Positions 13,711 to 27,700 of a stretch of DNA of 64,000 bases are shown in pieces (position 1 is the first letter of the stretch; each line of letters begins with the position of its first letter). The notes beneath the pieces were generated by a model. It ran no database searches. It had not been told where the DNA came from and saw nothing but the letters and a program-made list of their open reading frames with translations. Origin of the DNA: Eledone cirrhosa (lineage: Eukaryota). The translations under genes and the position numbers were made by a program. The DNA lies in NCBI GenBank assembly GCA_964016885.1, contig OZ024740.1:45322001-45386000 (forward strand), read 5' to 3'.

Positions 13711-14519
13711 TAATAATGGTTTCTGATTTAGGCACAATGCCAACAATTTGTGGGGAGGGGGAAGTCAATTAAATCAAAATCAACTTCAGTACATTACTGG
13801 TGTTTCATTTTATCTAACGTCGGTGGAATTTGAACTCAAAACTTAAAGAACCAGAAAAATAACTGCTAAGGATTTGTCCAGTGCTCTGACGACTCGGCGC
13901 CGAAAACAACATTTTTATGACTTCTTTTTTCATAATTTTGAGAGTGATTTAGAATCATGATACAATAATTGTATCGTAAATTGTTTGCATTATAATCTAG
14001 CATCTTAACAAGAAAAGGGAGGCAGTAATATGAAGTGTGCAATGTGATCTGAAATTAGATTCCGGCTTCACAGAATGTATGAAAGCAATTTCAGATCATC
14101 GGGTGGTAATTTGAAATGAAGTGTAGCTTCAAGTGTTTACACCGTCGAAAAGTGAAAAGAAACCAACTATAAATGTAAGAAATTATAAAAACTGGAATCC
14201 AAAAGATGCAAAGTGCAGTAATCGGCTGTTGTTGCTTTTTAGTAAAAAATATAAAATAAAATAAAATGAAACAAGAGGCTATTTCATGACTATAATTCTT
14301 TTGTATATTATACTTATCCTTCTTATTTTCTTTTAGTGATTCGTAAATGAAGTTTATATAACTTGTTCTTTCTATATTATTTTACCCCTAATTCTTTATT
14401 TCGTTTCAGTGAATTTCGGTAAATTTTATAGTAACCAATAAACTAATTTCTAAAATGGCTGCATGATAGTTGCTTTTGTAAATATGTTTTTACGGATTTA
14501 ATTCGTATAAAGAAACAAT

Positions 14520-14552
14520 ATGCCGACATCAACATTAAAAGATATATATTTT
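14520..14552 (+). CDS. XAB2: XAB2 coding exon 1 ([11 protein letters not shown])
   Basis: ATG, 11 codons, then GTAAGT in phase 0. Joins EEDDLPYEE, giving DIYFEE like the DLVFEE of homologues. Confidence 0.8.
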
Positions 14553-15574
14553 GTAAGTATAAATAGTTAAATTAACATTTCTTTTTCTATTAATTACCTT
14601 ATCTTCAATTAATTAAATATTAAAACTTTTATTGTCGTTATTAATAATTTACAGAAGTTACTCGTTTTTAATGTATTGCGTTTTTCCAAACACCGTGTAA
14701 TGAACTTACAGAACTAAACAAAACCCCATCTATTTCATTGCAATAAATCTATTAATAAAATAAATACCTTTTCATTCCTCCACGTGAGAAATATTTACGT
14801 CACATTCAATTTTCGCTCCATTATCCACTCTAGATTATGAATAACCTCCCTTTTGTTTTAAACCATTCCCTAACTTATAAATTGTTACAATTCTTAGAAT
14901 CGCTAGCGCGTCGGACAAAATGAATTGTGTTGTTTAGCTACGGCTCTTTATATTGTGAGTTCAAATTCCGCTTCGGGCAACTTTACTTTTCATCCTTTCG
15001 AAGTCGGTAAAAAATTACCAGTCCCTTATTGGAGTCGATTTGGGCCGGAGCCATCACCCTCCCTCTCCCCTACCATTCCTCTGTGACCCTAGAGCCCTTC
15101 CTTTTTTTAAATGTTTGTAGTGTATATATAAATTTCTATTAACTATACTCCCCTATTCTTGTATGTAGTTAAATATTTTATAGACATTTTTTTATCTCTT
15201 TCCACCCTCAAAGAAATCGGGACACGTAGAGGGAAAGCTCCCGCCAGGTTTAAAATAAACAAGGTTAGCGTTAGGAAGGGCATCCAACCGAAGAAACAAA
15301 ACCTAATACTGAGTATGCGAGTCGTGGTTACCTGATTAGTCTAGCCACAGGTTGTGACAGCTCGTCCAACCCATGCAAGCATGGAAAATAGACGCTACAC
15401 GGTGTGATGATGATGATATTATAAATAGTTCATATAAACCCTTATTTTGTCCACAATGCTTTTCAGTATTCGTTCCGACTTTCTGTGCACTAAGTTGAAA
15501 TCCCACAGAGTTTAACTTTACCTTTCATTCTTTTGAGGTCGATTAATAAAGTACCAGTCCAGTTCTGAAACTTG

Positions 15575-15659
<85 letters not shown>

Positions 15660-18600
15660 CCATTCTTGTATTGCTCTCTTTTGTTTCCTGACTTTTATAC
15701 AACCCAGTTGTTCGATCAATAGGATGGTGTAATTAACGTCCAAATGACCGAGCATTCCGCCCTTAACATAATTCTCGAATATGTGCAACATGACGGAGTG
15801 TGTGATAAGGCTTTTTTTAAATCGTAGCCATTGTGATGGGCTTCCAAACAATTTCCAACTACCAAATTTCAGACAAAACTTGGTTTGACTAGAGGCTATG
15901 GTAAAGACACTTGCTTAATGTCGTGCTGTCGGATCAAACCCTCATTATTACAAAGTGGGCTTCTTACCCACCCAACCATGCTTACATCCACACTATTCTG
16001 AATCCGTGCAAGCATGAAAGGGTGAACTTAAAATGATATATATATCTAACAGACTCAAATATTTTTTTAAAATATGTATATAATGCCATATATCAATTAG
16101 AGAAAACAAATAGTATTTTGTACATATATATAAAAAGTGGAGACACGTGGCCTAGTGGTAAGGGTGTTGGACTTATGATCATAATGTTGTGGGTTCGATT
16201 CCTGGTTGCATGTTGTGTTCTTGAGCAAAACATTTCATTTCACGTTGCTCCAGTGTACTCAGCTGAAAATGAGTACCAGCAATAGCTGGGGGTTTAATCC
16301 TGTGATGGACTGGCGTCCTGTTCAGGGGGGAGTCTTATACTCTCAGTTGCTTCACGCCATGAAACCAGGATAAGCACCAGCCTAATGAGCCTTCTGGCTT
16401 AAGACAGACTTTAAAAGCATATAATATTTAGGAAACATTATATACTTTATGGTGGAAAAATTAATAAATTCCTGTTTATTAATTTTTCCATCATAAAGTA
16501 TATAATGTTTCCTAAATATTATATGCTTTATATATATATGTACAAAATACTGTTTTGTACATATGGCTATATACATATATTTATTTTATTTGAATTATTG
16601 ATGCTCTGGACAAAAGTCCATTGAGCTTTTTCACTGAAAAACATATTCATCGTACATATTATATATGTATGATACTTGAAACTAGAATATATCTGCTCCA
16701 AATTCTTAATTTGTTGAGCTGTTTGTGCTGTGACTGGTACATCACACCTCTTTCTAGTGAACATGACATCCAGTCATATTTATATCTGCCCCACTGTTAA
16801 AAAGTTAATTCAAGCGATGAGATGTTCAATTGACTTCTCGGAACATGACGGATATAAGATATTTTGTATTTTATTGGATCTTAAAACAAGATGTTCTTTC
16901 CTCTGACGATTAGTTCCACGTCTCCCAAAGCTATACCAAAGTCAATAGTTGGTAATTGATAATCGATAATTTTGATGGATTTTCAAACTGGTTCTAGGAG
17001 CTAGGAAACAGTACTGTAAGGAATTTATTAATTTTTCCTCTATAAAGTATATGATGTTTCCTGAATATTATATGCTTTATATATATATGTACAAAATACT
17101 ATATGTTTTCTCTAATTAATATATGGCTATACACATCTATTTTTTAGAATTTGAAATATTGATGCTCTGGACAAAAGTCCATTGAGCTTTTTCACTAAGA
17201 AACATATTCATCATACATATCATATATGTTATGATACTTTAAATTAGTATATATCTAAGACTTTAGATATTAATATAATTTTAACCTCTGGACAGAGGTT
17301 GATTAGGCCAGTGCTTATAACAGTTTCCTTGACATTATGTAAAAGACTTCTTCTTGGACATGACACCAGTCCATTGCAGGGTTAAACCCCCTAGCTACTG
17401 TTGGTACGCATTTTCAGCTGAGGATACTGGAGCAACATGAAATGAAATATTTTGCTCGAAAATTCAAGTACACAAGTACATGAAAAGAAAAGAGTACTCT
17501 GTTCTGTATATATAGGGAATAAATGTAATTATATGACTTTTACAAACCCTTTTTTCTCATATAGTTCTCTTCTTCTCCCACTTATTCCTGAGATAGGGGA
17601 AGTATCCTCAGATATGCCTTCCAGAGGATGCTATCACATCTCACATAGTTATCTTTATATATTATATCAACTTCTATTTTCCACAGGAAGAAGATGATCT
17701 CCCTTATGAGGAAGATATCCTTCGCAACCCTTATTCTGTCAAGTGTTGGCTGCGTTATATTGAACACAAGAAAGAGGCTCCAAAGAATGTCACAAACATG
17801 ATATATGAAAGGGCCATTAAAGAAATGCCTGGAAGGTAATGGTTTTCTCTTGAAATATTTCTATATTCATCACCATTTAACATCTATTTCATATGTTTGC
17901 ATGGAAGGTAGATTATATAATAGCTGTGTACTAAATGAGATGTTGCATGGTAATGAGACATGGGCTTTGAAAGTAACTGAATGCAGAGGATGTATGAAGG
18001 TTAAAGAGAAATGAGGCTAGCATATTCTGCTGGATGTATAATATTAATGTATATCAACAATGAAGCAAAGATGAGTTGATATTACAAATAGGTTTAAGAG
18101 GAATCAAATGTATGCATGATGATCATTGGGTGAAGAAGTGCCAAGAATTCCCAGTGGAAGCAAGCTGCAATAAGAGAAGATCAAGACAAACTTTGGCAAA
18201 AATGGTGAGAGCTGTTCTCAGGCCCTTGAACCTCACAGAAAAGATGATGAAGGGATTTGACAGGTGGAGAAGACCTGTCTAACCCATGCAAACATGGAAG
18301 AGCTGGACATATAAATGATGAAGATTTTGTTTTATTACTTTGTCTGGTTTGTAGCAAGCAAAAGTGCTACTTTATCACAGTGGAGTAATTTGGTCGTGCT
18401 TGGTCAGTCATCAGCCCTTAGGGTTGGTGGCATAGGAATACTAAGAACAACTTCCGCCCAGCAGTCGATTTCGCACCTAATTATCAATTCTCCCGCAATT
18501 ACGTTCAGGATCTTCTACTGAGCAGTACTGTGTAACTCGCTTCCTAATTTTCTTGATCTTGCCCTCTAAAGCCAAGGGTAATCTCAACATATAACTCTGC

Positions 18601-21600
18601 GGAGAATTACATTTATCGTTCAACTTGATTATGTGATATGTTTGCAGCTCTTCACTCGCCTTGTACTTGTATTAATAATGAAGAAGAAAATAAACCTTTA
18701 TTATGTTTTGGAATATGCCTTCTGATCTTTTCCGCTACCATGGAACATCATTATTACATCTCAGTGAATTGGCAGTATCGGTAGAGGGTTGGACGCCATG
18801 CTTTCTAGCATAGTTACGTCCCTTTACAGTCTGAGTTCAAATCCCGCCGAGGTTAACTTTGCCTTTCATTCTTACGGGGTCGATAAAATAAAGTACCAGT
18901 AATGTACTGGGTAATTGCTGGCCTTGTGCCTAAAGTAGAAACAATTATTACATCGCTGTTTTCCTGAAGTAGTAATCACTACTAACATATAAGTCCAACA
19001 TCGAATTGCTACCTTTATGAATTGTACTGTTATGAATCTCTCTTGAATGCCTTTCTGCTACCATTACAACAAAAGTACTTATAACTAAAGGTTGATGAAA
19101 TTGGTGTAGTTGATTTTAAGTTGATGAACTTCTGTGAGTCAATATTGTTATGGAAAACATTCACAAAGAGGGAGTATCAGGGGGCTGTATATTTAACAGC
19201 ACTGTTGGATCAAAGTAGTTTTAGTGTGAGGTTTATAGAATAGAAAAACCACCCAGTTTGCCCTGTAAGGTGGTCATGCTAGTGACACGATAAAAAGCAC
19301 CCAGTCCTGTAACTTTGTTGGTGTTAGGAGGGCCATTCAGCTATAGAAACCAAGCCAAAATACAGATTCATATGAGCAAGATGTGTTCTGACTTGAATTG
19401 TCTCATAATGCAACAACCTGTCTAACTCATGTAAGCATGGAAAATAGACATTAAACAATGATGATGACAATAATGACTGTATAGGGATGAAAAGGAGAGG
19501 TGAGGATAATGATGTTTGATCCCAAGTCAACCATGAGAGCTCTAATCACAGGTGAGAAGTGAGTGATTTAAGGGAATTTGGCAGTAAAGTGGTAGGTACC
19601 ATATTTAAATTGTGGTGTAGGTTGGTATTAAGAAGGGCATCTATCTACAGAAAAAGGATCTCGTCTGACCCATGCAAATATGGAAAAAAAAAACAGACAT
19701 GAAAATCATGATAATGGAGATATAAATTATGAATACTTAACATAATTTGACATTCTTTTGTTTTCGTTTTTAGTTATAAATTATGGTATAATTACTTAAA
19801 ACTTCGGCGGCGGCAAATCCGAGGTCGCTGTATCAGTGACCCTGCTCACAATGATGTTGCTAATGCTTATGAAAGATCATTGGTTTTCATGCATAAGGTA
19901 TGTTTTTGTTTTTGTCAATTTTACAATTCTTCCCCTATTTCTACAGTACTTTTCACTCATATTTTTCAGAATTTATACTAAAATACACACAGGCATGGCT
20001 GTATGGCTAAGAGGTCTTGGGATCTATCCCACTGCATGGCACCTTGAACAAACCAATACCTCATCATTGAATTTGGTAGACAGGTTCCATGATAAAGTGC
20101 ATCCAATACACCCTCTAAGAGTGTAGTGAAGGTGCTATAATAAAAAGCACCCAGTACATGCTGTAAAGTGGTAGTGTTGGCGCCACAATAAAAAGTACCC
20201 AATACATTCTGTAAAATAGTAATGCCAGTGCTATGACAAAAAGCACCCAGTACATAATGTAAAGTGGTTGGTGTTAGGAAGGGCATTCAGCTTTAGAAAG
20301 TTAGCCAAAACAAAACATATGAGCAAATTGTAGTCACCAGACCAATCTAACCTAGACGTGACAACCCGTTTAACCTGTCATATATGTGTGTGTATCCAAC
20401 ATTTGCAAAATTTTTTTTCAGTTAAATGTATGTATAAATGCTGTGAAGTAGAAATAGCAGCTTTGAAGCACTGGCAAAAAAACAATGTCTCTAACATGGG
20501 GACACAGATTCTGAAAAACAAAAATAATTCACTCCTTTCCAAAAATATAACTGACCTTTCTTTTATAGGCATTGTTTAACACTAAATCAACTCAGTTCTA
20601 GTAAAACTATGATTTTGTAGGTATTATTTAATGCTAATCAGCCCAGATCTAATCTATGATTTTGTAGGTGTTTTTAATACTAAATCAGCCCAAATCTAGA
20701 AGATCTATAATCAAAGGCACTCAAACCAGGAATAGTACACTTTGGACTACATTAGCCAATATGTCCTCTTTTTGGGAGGTAATAGAATGTGGTTTATGGG
20801 ATATTTGGTTGCTATTTCTAGTAGGATGAGTGACCATGTAAAGGCTTCTTCCTACTTTCATATACTGATTATAGACTCTTCAATAGCTGTTATTGTATAC
20901 AATATTATATAGTATTCTCAATAGCTGCTATTGATAGTGGTGATAATGTTAATGATGATGATTTTTATATTCTTTTCACAGATGCCTCGTATTTGGCTGG
21001 ACTATTGTCAACTACTTATGGACCAGTGTAAAATTACTACCACCAGATATACATTTGACCGAGCCTTGCGTGCTCTGCCAATCACTCAACACCATAGAAT
21101 ATGGCCCCTGTATTTAGAACTAGTTACAATGTACCCACTACCAGAAACAGCTGTCAGGGTATATCGGCGATATTTGAAGGTAATCTGTTATTTTCTTTAA
21201 TAAAAACTAAGATAACATCACAAAACATGACCATTTTCCCTGCTAAAGCAAGGGTTAACTTTGCTTGTACCATGACAAGATTCATTATGGGGTCCTTTTG
21301 TAGGCAATGTTTTATAGCCAGATGCCCTTTTAGTTGCCTCTTACAACACACATGGATATAGTATACATATTCTAAACCAAATACACACTGTAATATAGTC
21401 AAGACTAAGCTAGGAAAATATTTTTCGTTCATTTTTCACCAATATAATTTAGGTTTATTTTTTGGTAAAAAAGAGAACTTAGCCCCTATGTTACCATATT
21501 TCTAATGAAAGACATTACCTATGATTTTCAAATAATTTTGAAAATTACTCTACATCCTTGGTTAGACATATCTCAGCTATGTTCCAAGGACAAAATGGCG

Positions 21601-21744
21601 AAAGCATTCCTGCTGAGAACAGCCAGCAATACCTACAGCATTAGCCACTTCGCCTCATGGGGCTCCTCAAACAAAAATTTTCATTATGCATTTAGATCCT
21701 TTTCTTTCTCTATTTCTCTCTTTCTCTATCTCTCTCTTTCTCTA

Positions 21745-21794
<50 letters not shown>

Positions 21795-24700
21795 TTATTA
21801 GTGAAGGGGATGCAGATGATAGGGCAAAATGAAAAAGCTTGTCTTGGGGCCCACAAGGCTAATCCTGGCCTTAGCAAAGAAAATGACTTTAAAAAGCTTC
21901 TTGTTTTGTTTATTACCATGAATATAACCTTCATTGACTCCAATATTTTAATTGTTATTTCATAAATTTCTTTACAGCTTAAAAAAGAAGATACCGAAAA
22001 GTATATTGATTACCTAATATCTATCGATTGGCTTGATGAAGCTGCCCAACGTCTAGCAACTATCATAAATGATGAACAATTTGTGTCAAAGAAAGGAAAA
22101 TCGAAACATCAGGTCAGTTATTTCCTCTAGTGAATACATATGTAAGTTATGTGATATAGTGTGTAGTATAAGGTGTTAGAGATTGAGAATAAGTAAGTAT
22201 ATTCTTCACTATAACCATCATTATCAGCATAACTATCATTACTATCATATCTAAAAACCTACCCTAATTTTATTTTAAGAACCTTTAGGAAATTTTGATC
22301 CAAACAAACACCAGCTTAATTTTGAAAAAGTTCCAAATTCTTTATTTTCAAAATGATTTTAAAATTATAAAGTGTTATTCATCAACATCATCATCATCAT
22401 TTATGTCTTACAATTTTTTGTTGGATGTATAAAATAGTTGTCTTTCACCTGTCTCTTTCTTCTCTTACTCCAAACTTTTAACTTACATATTTCTAATGAA
22501 AGACTTTACTTCATCATCATCATCATCGTTAACGTCTAACTTCCACGCTAGCATGGGTTTAGACGGTAATTGTCCCACGTGAGGCAAGATTGGTTGTCTT
22601 GCTCGTATAGTACTGTCTGGCGGGTTTTCTACGGCTGGATGCCATTCCTAACACCAACCACGTTTACAGTGTGGACTGGGAGGTTTTTACCGTGTTACCT
22701 ACACGGCCACATTACAGCGTGGACTGTGTTTTTTTTGTCGTGACACCTACACGATCTCGATCTTATTATCTCATTTATTTGCACTGGATGTTGTGGTACC
22801 AACTTTACAGAGAGAGGGTGGTGTTAGTGGGAGGATAGGGTAGGGCTAGTGGATTGGGGTGTATATTTGGTTAAGAGGTGCCTACTGATTGTAGGTTTCG
22901 CTTTGTTCTAAAGCAAGGTGGGTCTTCTGTATTACTGCGTAGTGCCAAAGATCTCGGTCCAGTGATATTGTCTTGGAGAGGTGTAAGTGTGTAAGGTCGG
23001 AATTTATCAAATCGTCCCAGGTTTTTCTGGGTCTGCCTACTCCGTAGCTTCCATCAATTTTGATCGCCCTGTACTTTTTTATACAGCTGTCGTCTTTCAT
23101 GCGCATCACGTGACCATACCAACGTAGTCTTCTCTCGAGTAAACAGCATCTGATCCCTCTTATTCCTAATTTCTCACTTAGTTCATTTTATGCTTTGCCG
23201 TTCACGAATATTACTATTACACATCCAATGGAGCATGCAAGCTTCGTTCCTCTCCAGCCTACGCAGATCCTCTGCACACAATGCCCATGTCTCACTGCCA
23301 TGTAACATAGCTGTTTGTATGCAGGCATCATACAGTCTGCCTTTCATTTTTAGAGAGAAACCTTTAGAGACCAATAGTGGTATAAGCTCTCTGAACTTTT
23401 TCCATTCCGTTCTGACTCTAACTACTGTACTTTCAGAGCACCCACCACCACTGCTGATTTTGTCACCCAGGTAATGGAAGGTGTCCACTATTTCTATAGA
23501 ACCATCTGGGCAATGGAAGGAGCTAGTATCCTGTGGGCACTTGCTACTACTTATTGCACCTGAGCACCGGCCACATATAAAATCTATGTTCTTAGTTAGT
23601 TTACCTGTGATCCCACTACATCTTTTATGCACTCATACTTTGCATTTGGGACATAAAATGGAGTCTCTGCCTACTCCTTTCCTACACACTGAGCATGGCC
23701 ATTTCCTAGCGGGGACCAGTGCCCTATTTTCCTTCCTACATACTAGAACTTTAGTCTTAAACAAGTTAATTTTAAGGCCTTTTGATTCTAGGCCATGCTT
23801 CCAAGTTTGGAATTTCTTCTCTAGTTCAGCCATTGATTCAGCTATGAGCGTTAGATCATCTGCGTATAGAAGTTCCCATGGGCAGCCGGTCTTGAACTCC
23901 TCTGTTATAGCCTGAAGAGCAATAATAAATAGGAGGGGGCTAAGGACAGAGCCCTGATGAACACCGACTTTTACGCTAAATTCTTCACTGTATTCGTTGT
24001 TAATTCTAACCTTGCTGACTGTTTCTTTATACATGGCTTGTAAAGCTCTCACAAGCCATTCATCAACACCTAGTTTTCTAAGAGCCCACCAGATAATGGA
24101 GCGGGGGTCTCTGTCAAAGGCTTTCTCCAAATCAACAAAAGCTAAGTATAGGGGTTTACTTTTAGCTAGTTACTTCTCCTGTAGTTGTCGTACAAGGAAA
24201 AGACCATCTGTGGTACATTTACCTGACACAAACCCAAACTGCATTTCATCTAGATCAATTCACTCTCTGATTAGTTGCGCTATAACTTTTTCTGTGACCT
24301 TCATGACCTGGTCAATTAATTTCATGCCTCTATAGTTTCCCCCTATCTCGGGCATCTCCTTTACCCTTGTAGCAGTTAATGATGATGCTGCTACGCCAGT
24401 CATTCTGTATGACTTGGTTTACTATCCGGGAGACCATAGTGTGTCCCATCGATCCAGATGCTTTCAGCATTTCAGCAACTATCTCCGAAGGCCCAGCTGC
24501 TTTGCCTGTCTTCATATCTTTGATTGCCTTACTTATTATACTACCTTCAACTTGCACTGCTGGTCCCTCTATTGAATTGATTTGGGGCAGACTATCTTTT
24601 TCCCACTTATTCTCCTCATTTAATAGCCTCTCGTAGTGACACTTCCAAGCTACCTTCTTATCAGTATCAGTGATGGCAAGTATACCATCATCATTACGGA

Positions 24701-27700
24701 CACAATTCTCCCCGACAATATCACGGTTTTCCTTGACACATTGTGTAGCAATCCTGAACACCTCACGTTTTTGGTCCTCACGTTGTAGAACATGCTTGTA
24801 CTTTCTTTCCTTTGCTTCCCCTCTTGCAAGGTACACTTGTCTTGCAAAGTACACTTGTTCTTGCAAGGTACTTATGATTTTCAAATAACTGACTAATATA
24901 ACTAACTTTCTCATTATTAAGCTTAGATTTGGAGCATAACTTAACAAAGATTTTTACATAAAATTATGATGGAAGGTTTTTTTATATGTTTTGGGGGGGA
25001 GTGGGTGGGTGGGGTTATAAATTGGAAACATACCATTTTGTATCACAACTAAGTAATTTTGAAAATAATAATGAATTTGGAGGGCTTTAGTAATATAGTT
25101 AACTTTCTCATTATTAATCTGGTATTTAGAATATAACTAACAATGGTTCTTACATAAATAAAATTATGATGGAAGGTTTATAGATAGATATAAACACCTT
25201 AAAACAAACAGTTTTGTATTGTAGAACTTGGGATGGTTTAAGGTGTTGTGTTGATGAAAAGGGTTAAACTGTATGCTTTATTATCTATGCATTATTATTT
25301 ATCTATATATTTCAGTTATGGAATGAGTTGTGTGACCTAATTGCTAAACATCCTGATAAAGTAACTTCTCTAAAGATTGAACCAATTATTCGACAAGGTC
25401 TTAAGCTGTACTCTGACCAAATTGGAGTCCTTTGGAACTCAATGGCTGATTATTACATTCGAGGTGGACATTTTGAAAGGGTAAACAAGAATATATTTCT
25501 GTTTTCATCTTTATTATTCTTTTAAAAAGTTATACTGTGTATGACATTAGCTTGTAATGCTTTAACACTTAACACATATGAAGAAGACTTTCTTGAAAAT
25601 TATAAAACAGTGTACTATAACTGCATCACATTAAAATGAAAGTCTTTATTTTAGTTTACCGTAAATTTTTCATAATGATTTGTTTGTTAGTAAGGATACT
25701 ACAAACATTTGAATTAACAAACTAGTTTTTTAGATATTTTCTGCTAAATCATTGTAGGATGTTCAGAGATAAATAGTTTACTTTAATTAGCAAAAACATT
25801 TTTATGGATCATTAACATGGTTTGGGGAATTTATATATATTATTATAACAGATTTCAGTTAAAATCATTACATTGGAGGCACATGGCTTAGTGGTTAGAG
25901 CATTGGCCTTGTAATCGAAAGGTTATGAGTTTAATTCTCAGATCGGTGATGTGTTGTTTCCTTGAGCAAGACACTTTATTTCACATTGCTCCAGTTTACT
26001 CAGCTGTAGAAATGAGATGATAGGACTGGGGTCCCTATCATTCCACTGCAAAGTGGTCATGGAGGTGCCACGGAAAAAAAAGCACCCAGCACTCACTGTA
26101 AATGAGGTTGGTGTTAGGAAGGGCATCCAGCTGTAGAAATCAAGCCAGAATCAGTTCCCATCCCACCCTTGCAAGCAGGGAAAAGCGGATGTAAAATGAT
26201 GATGATGACATTACACCATTTTCATCATCATCATCATCATCATCATCATTGTTTAACGTCTATCTTCCACGCTAGCATGGGTTTAGACGAGAATTGTCCC
26301 ACTTGAGGCAAAATTGACCGTGTCTCGCTCATATAGGATTGTCTGGCAGGTTTTCTATGGCTGGATGCCCTTCCTAACACCAACCACATTTACAGTGTAG
26401 ACTGGGAGGTTTTTTAGCGTGTTACCTACATGGTTACATTACAACGTGGACTTTTTTTTTGTGACACCTACACGACCTCATTTATTTTGGACTGGATGTT
26501 GCGGTACCAACATAACTTTACAGAGGAAGGGGTGGTGTTGGTGGGAGTGAGAGAGTGGAATAGGGGTAGTGAGATGGGGTGTATATTTGGTTAAGAGGTG
26601 TCTACTGACTAGGTTTCGCTTTGTACATAGGCAAGGTGGGTCTTCTGTATTACTACGTGGCGCCAAAGATCTTGGTCCAGTGATATTGTCTTAGAGAGCT
26701 GCAAGTGTGTAAGGTCGGAATTTATCAAATCATCCCAGGTTTTCCTGGGTCTACCTACTCCGTTACTTGCATCAATTTTGATCGCCCTTATATATCATTA
26801 ATCATAACTTTCAATTTCAGTCCATGAAATATTGTTTTTGTTCATCTCACCCATTTATTCCTGGGAGGGCAGTGGGGACATAGTCCTCAAACACATCTTC
26901 CAGTGGGTCCTGTCAGAAGCAACTGTATCGCTAACCACCACCTGCAACCCATTCTCTAGCAGAACAGCTCTGCCGAGAATGGTTTTGTTTATTAATTTAT
27001 TTATGGAGGCACATGGCTTAGTGGTTAGAGCAATCAAAAGGTTGTGAGTTCAATTCTCAGACCAGGTGATGTGTTGTGTCCTTGAGCAAGACACTTTATT
27101 TCACATTGCTCCAGTTTACTCAGCTGTAGAAATGAGATGATAGGACTGGGGACCCTATCATTCCACTGCAGAGTGGTCGTGGACGTGTAGGCGCCACGGA
27201 AAAAAAGCACCCAGCACTCACTGTAAATGAGGTTGGTGTTAGGAAGGGCATCCAGCTGTAAAAATCAAGCCAGAATCAGTTCCTGTATGAGCAAGACAAG
27301 GTGTGCAAGCAACTTATAACACTCAGGTATATGTCAAATTGAAGGTTCTATTTTACACATAGTTTCATGAATTATTGCTTGAAGGTGTGCAGCCTAGTGG
27401 TTAGGGTGTTAGCTGATGGTTGTATGGTTATGAGTTTGATTTCTGGCCTAGTTGGTTTATTATGTCTTGAACACCCTTTATTTTACATTGCTTCAGTCCA
27501 CTCAATTGAAAAAGAATGAATACCAGCTGTAGCTGGAGATTAACCCTGGGATAGACTAGCATCTTGTCCAGGGAAGAGTTCTGTACTCTCTGTCACTTAA
27601 CCAATACAAGTGTAAAAATGGATATTAATGATGATGAAACTAGGATAAGCTTTGGGAGCAAGCATGTATTCTCTGTCACTTAAGACCAATGAAAACTCCA

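Noticed and set aside
15490-15851. ER-repeat ORFs
   Set aside because: They are translations of the (GA)n microsatellite.
16138-16205. tRNA genes (also ~25877, 47541)
   Set aside because: The A/B boxes belong to SINE heads and run into SINE bodies; there is no full cloverleaf.
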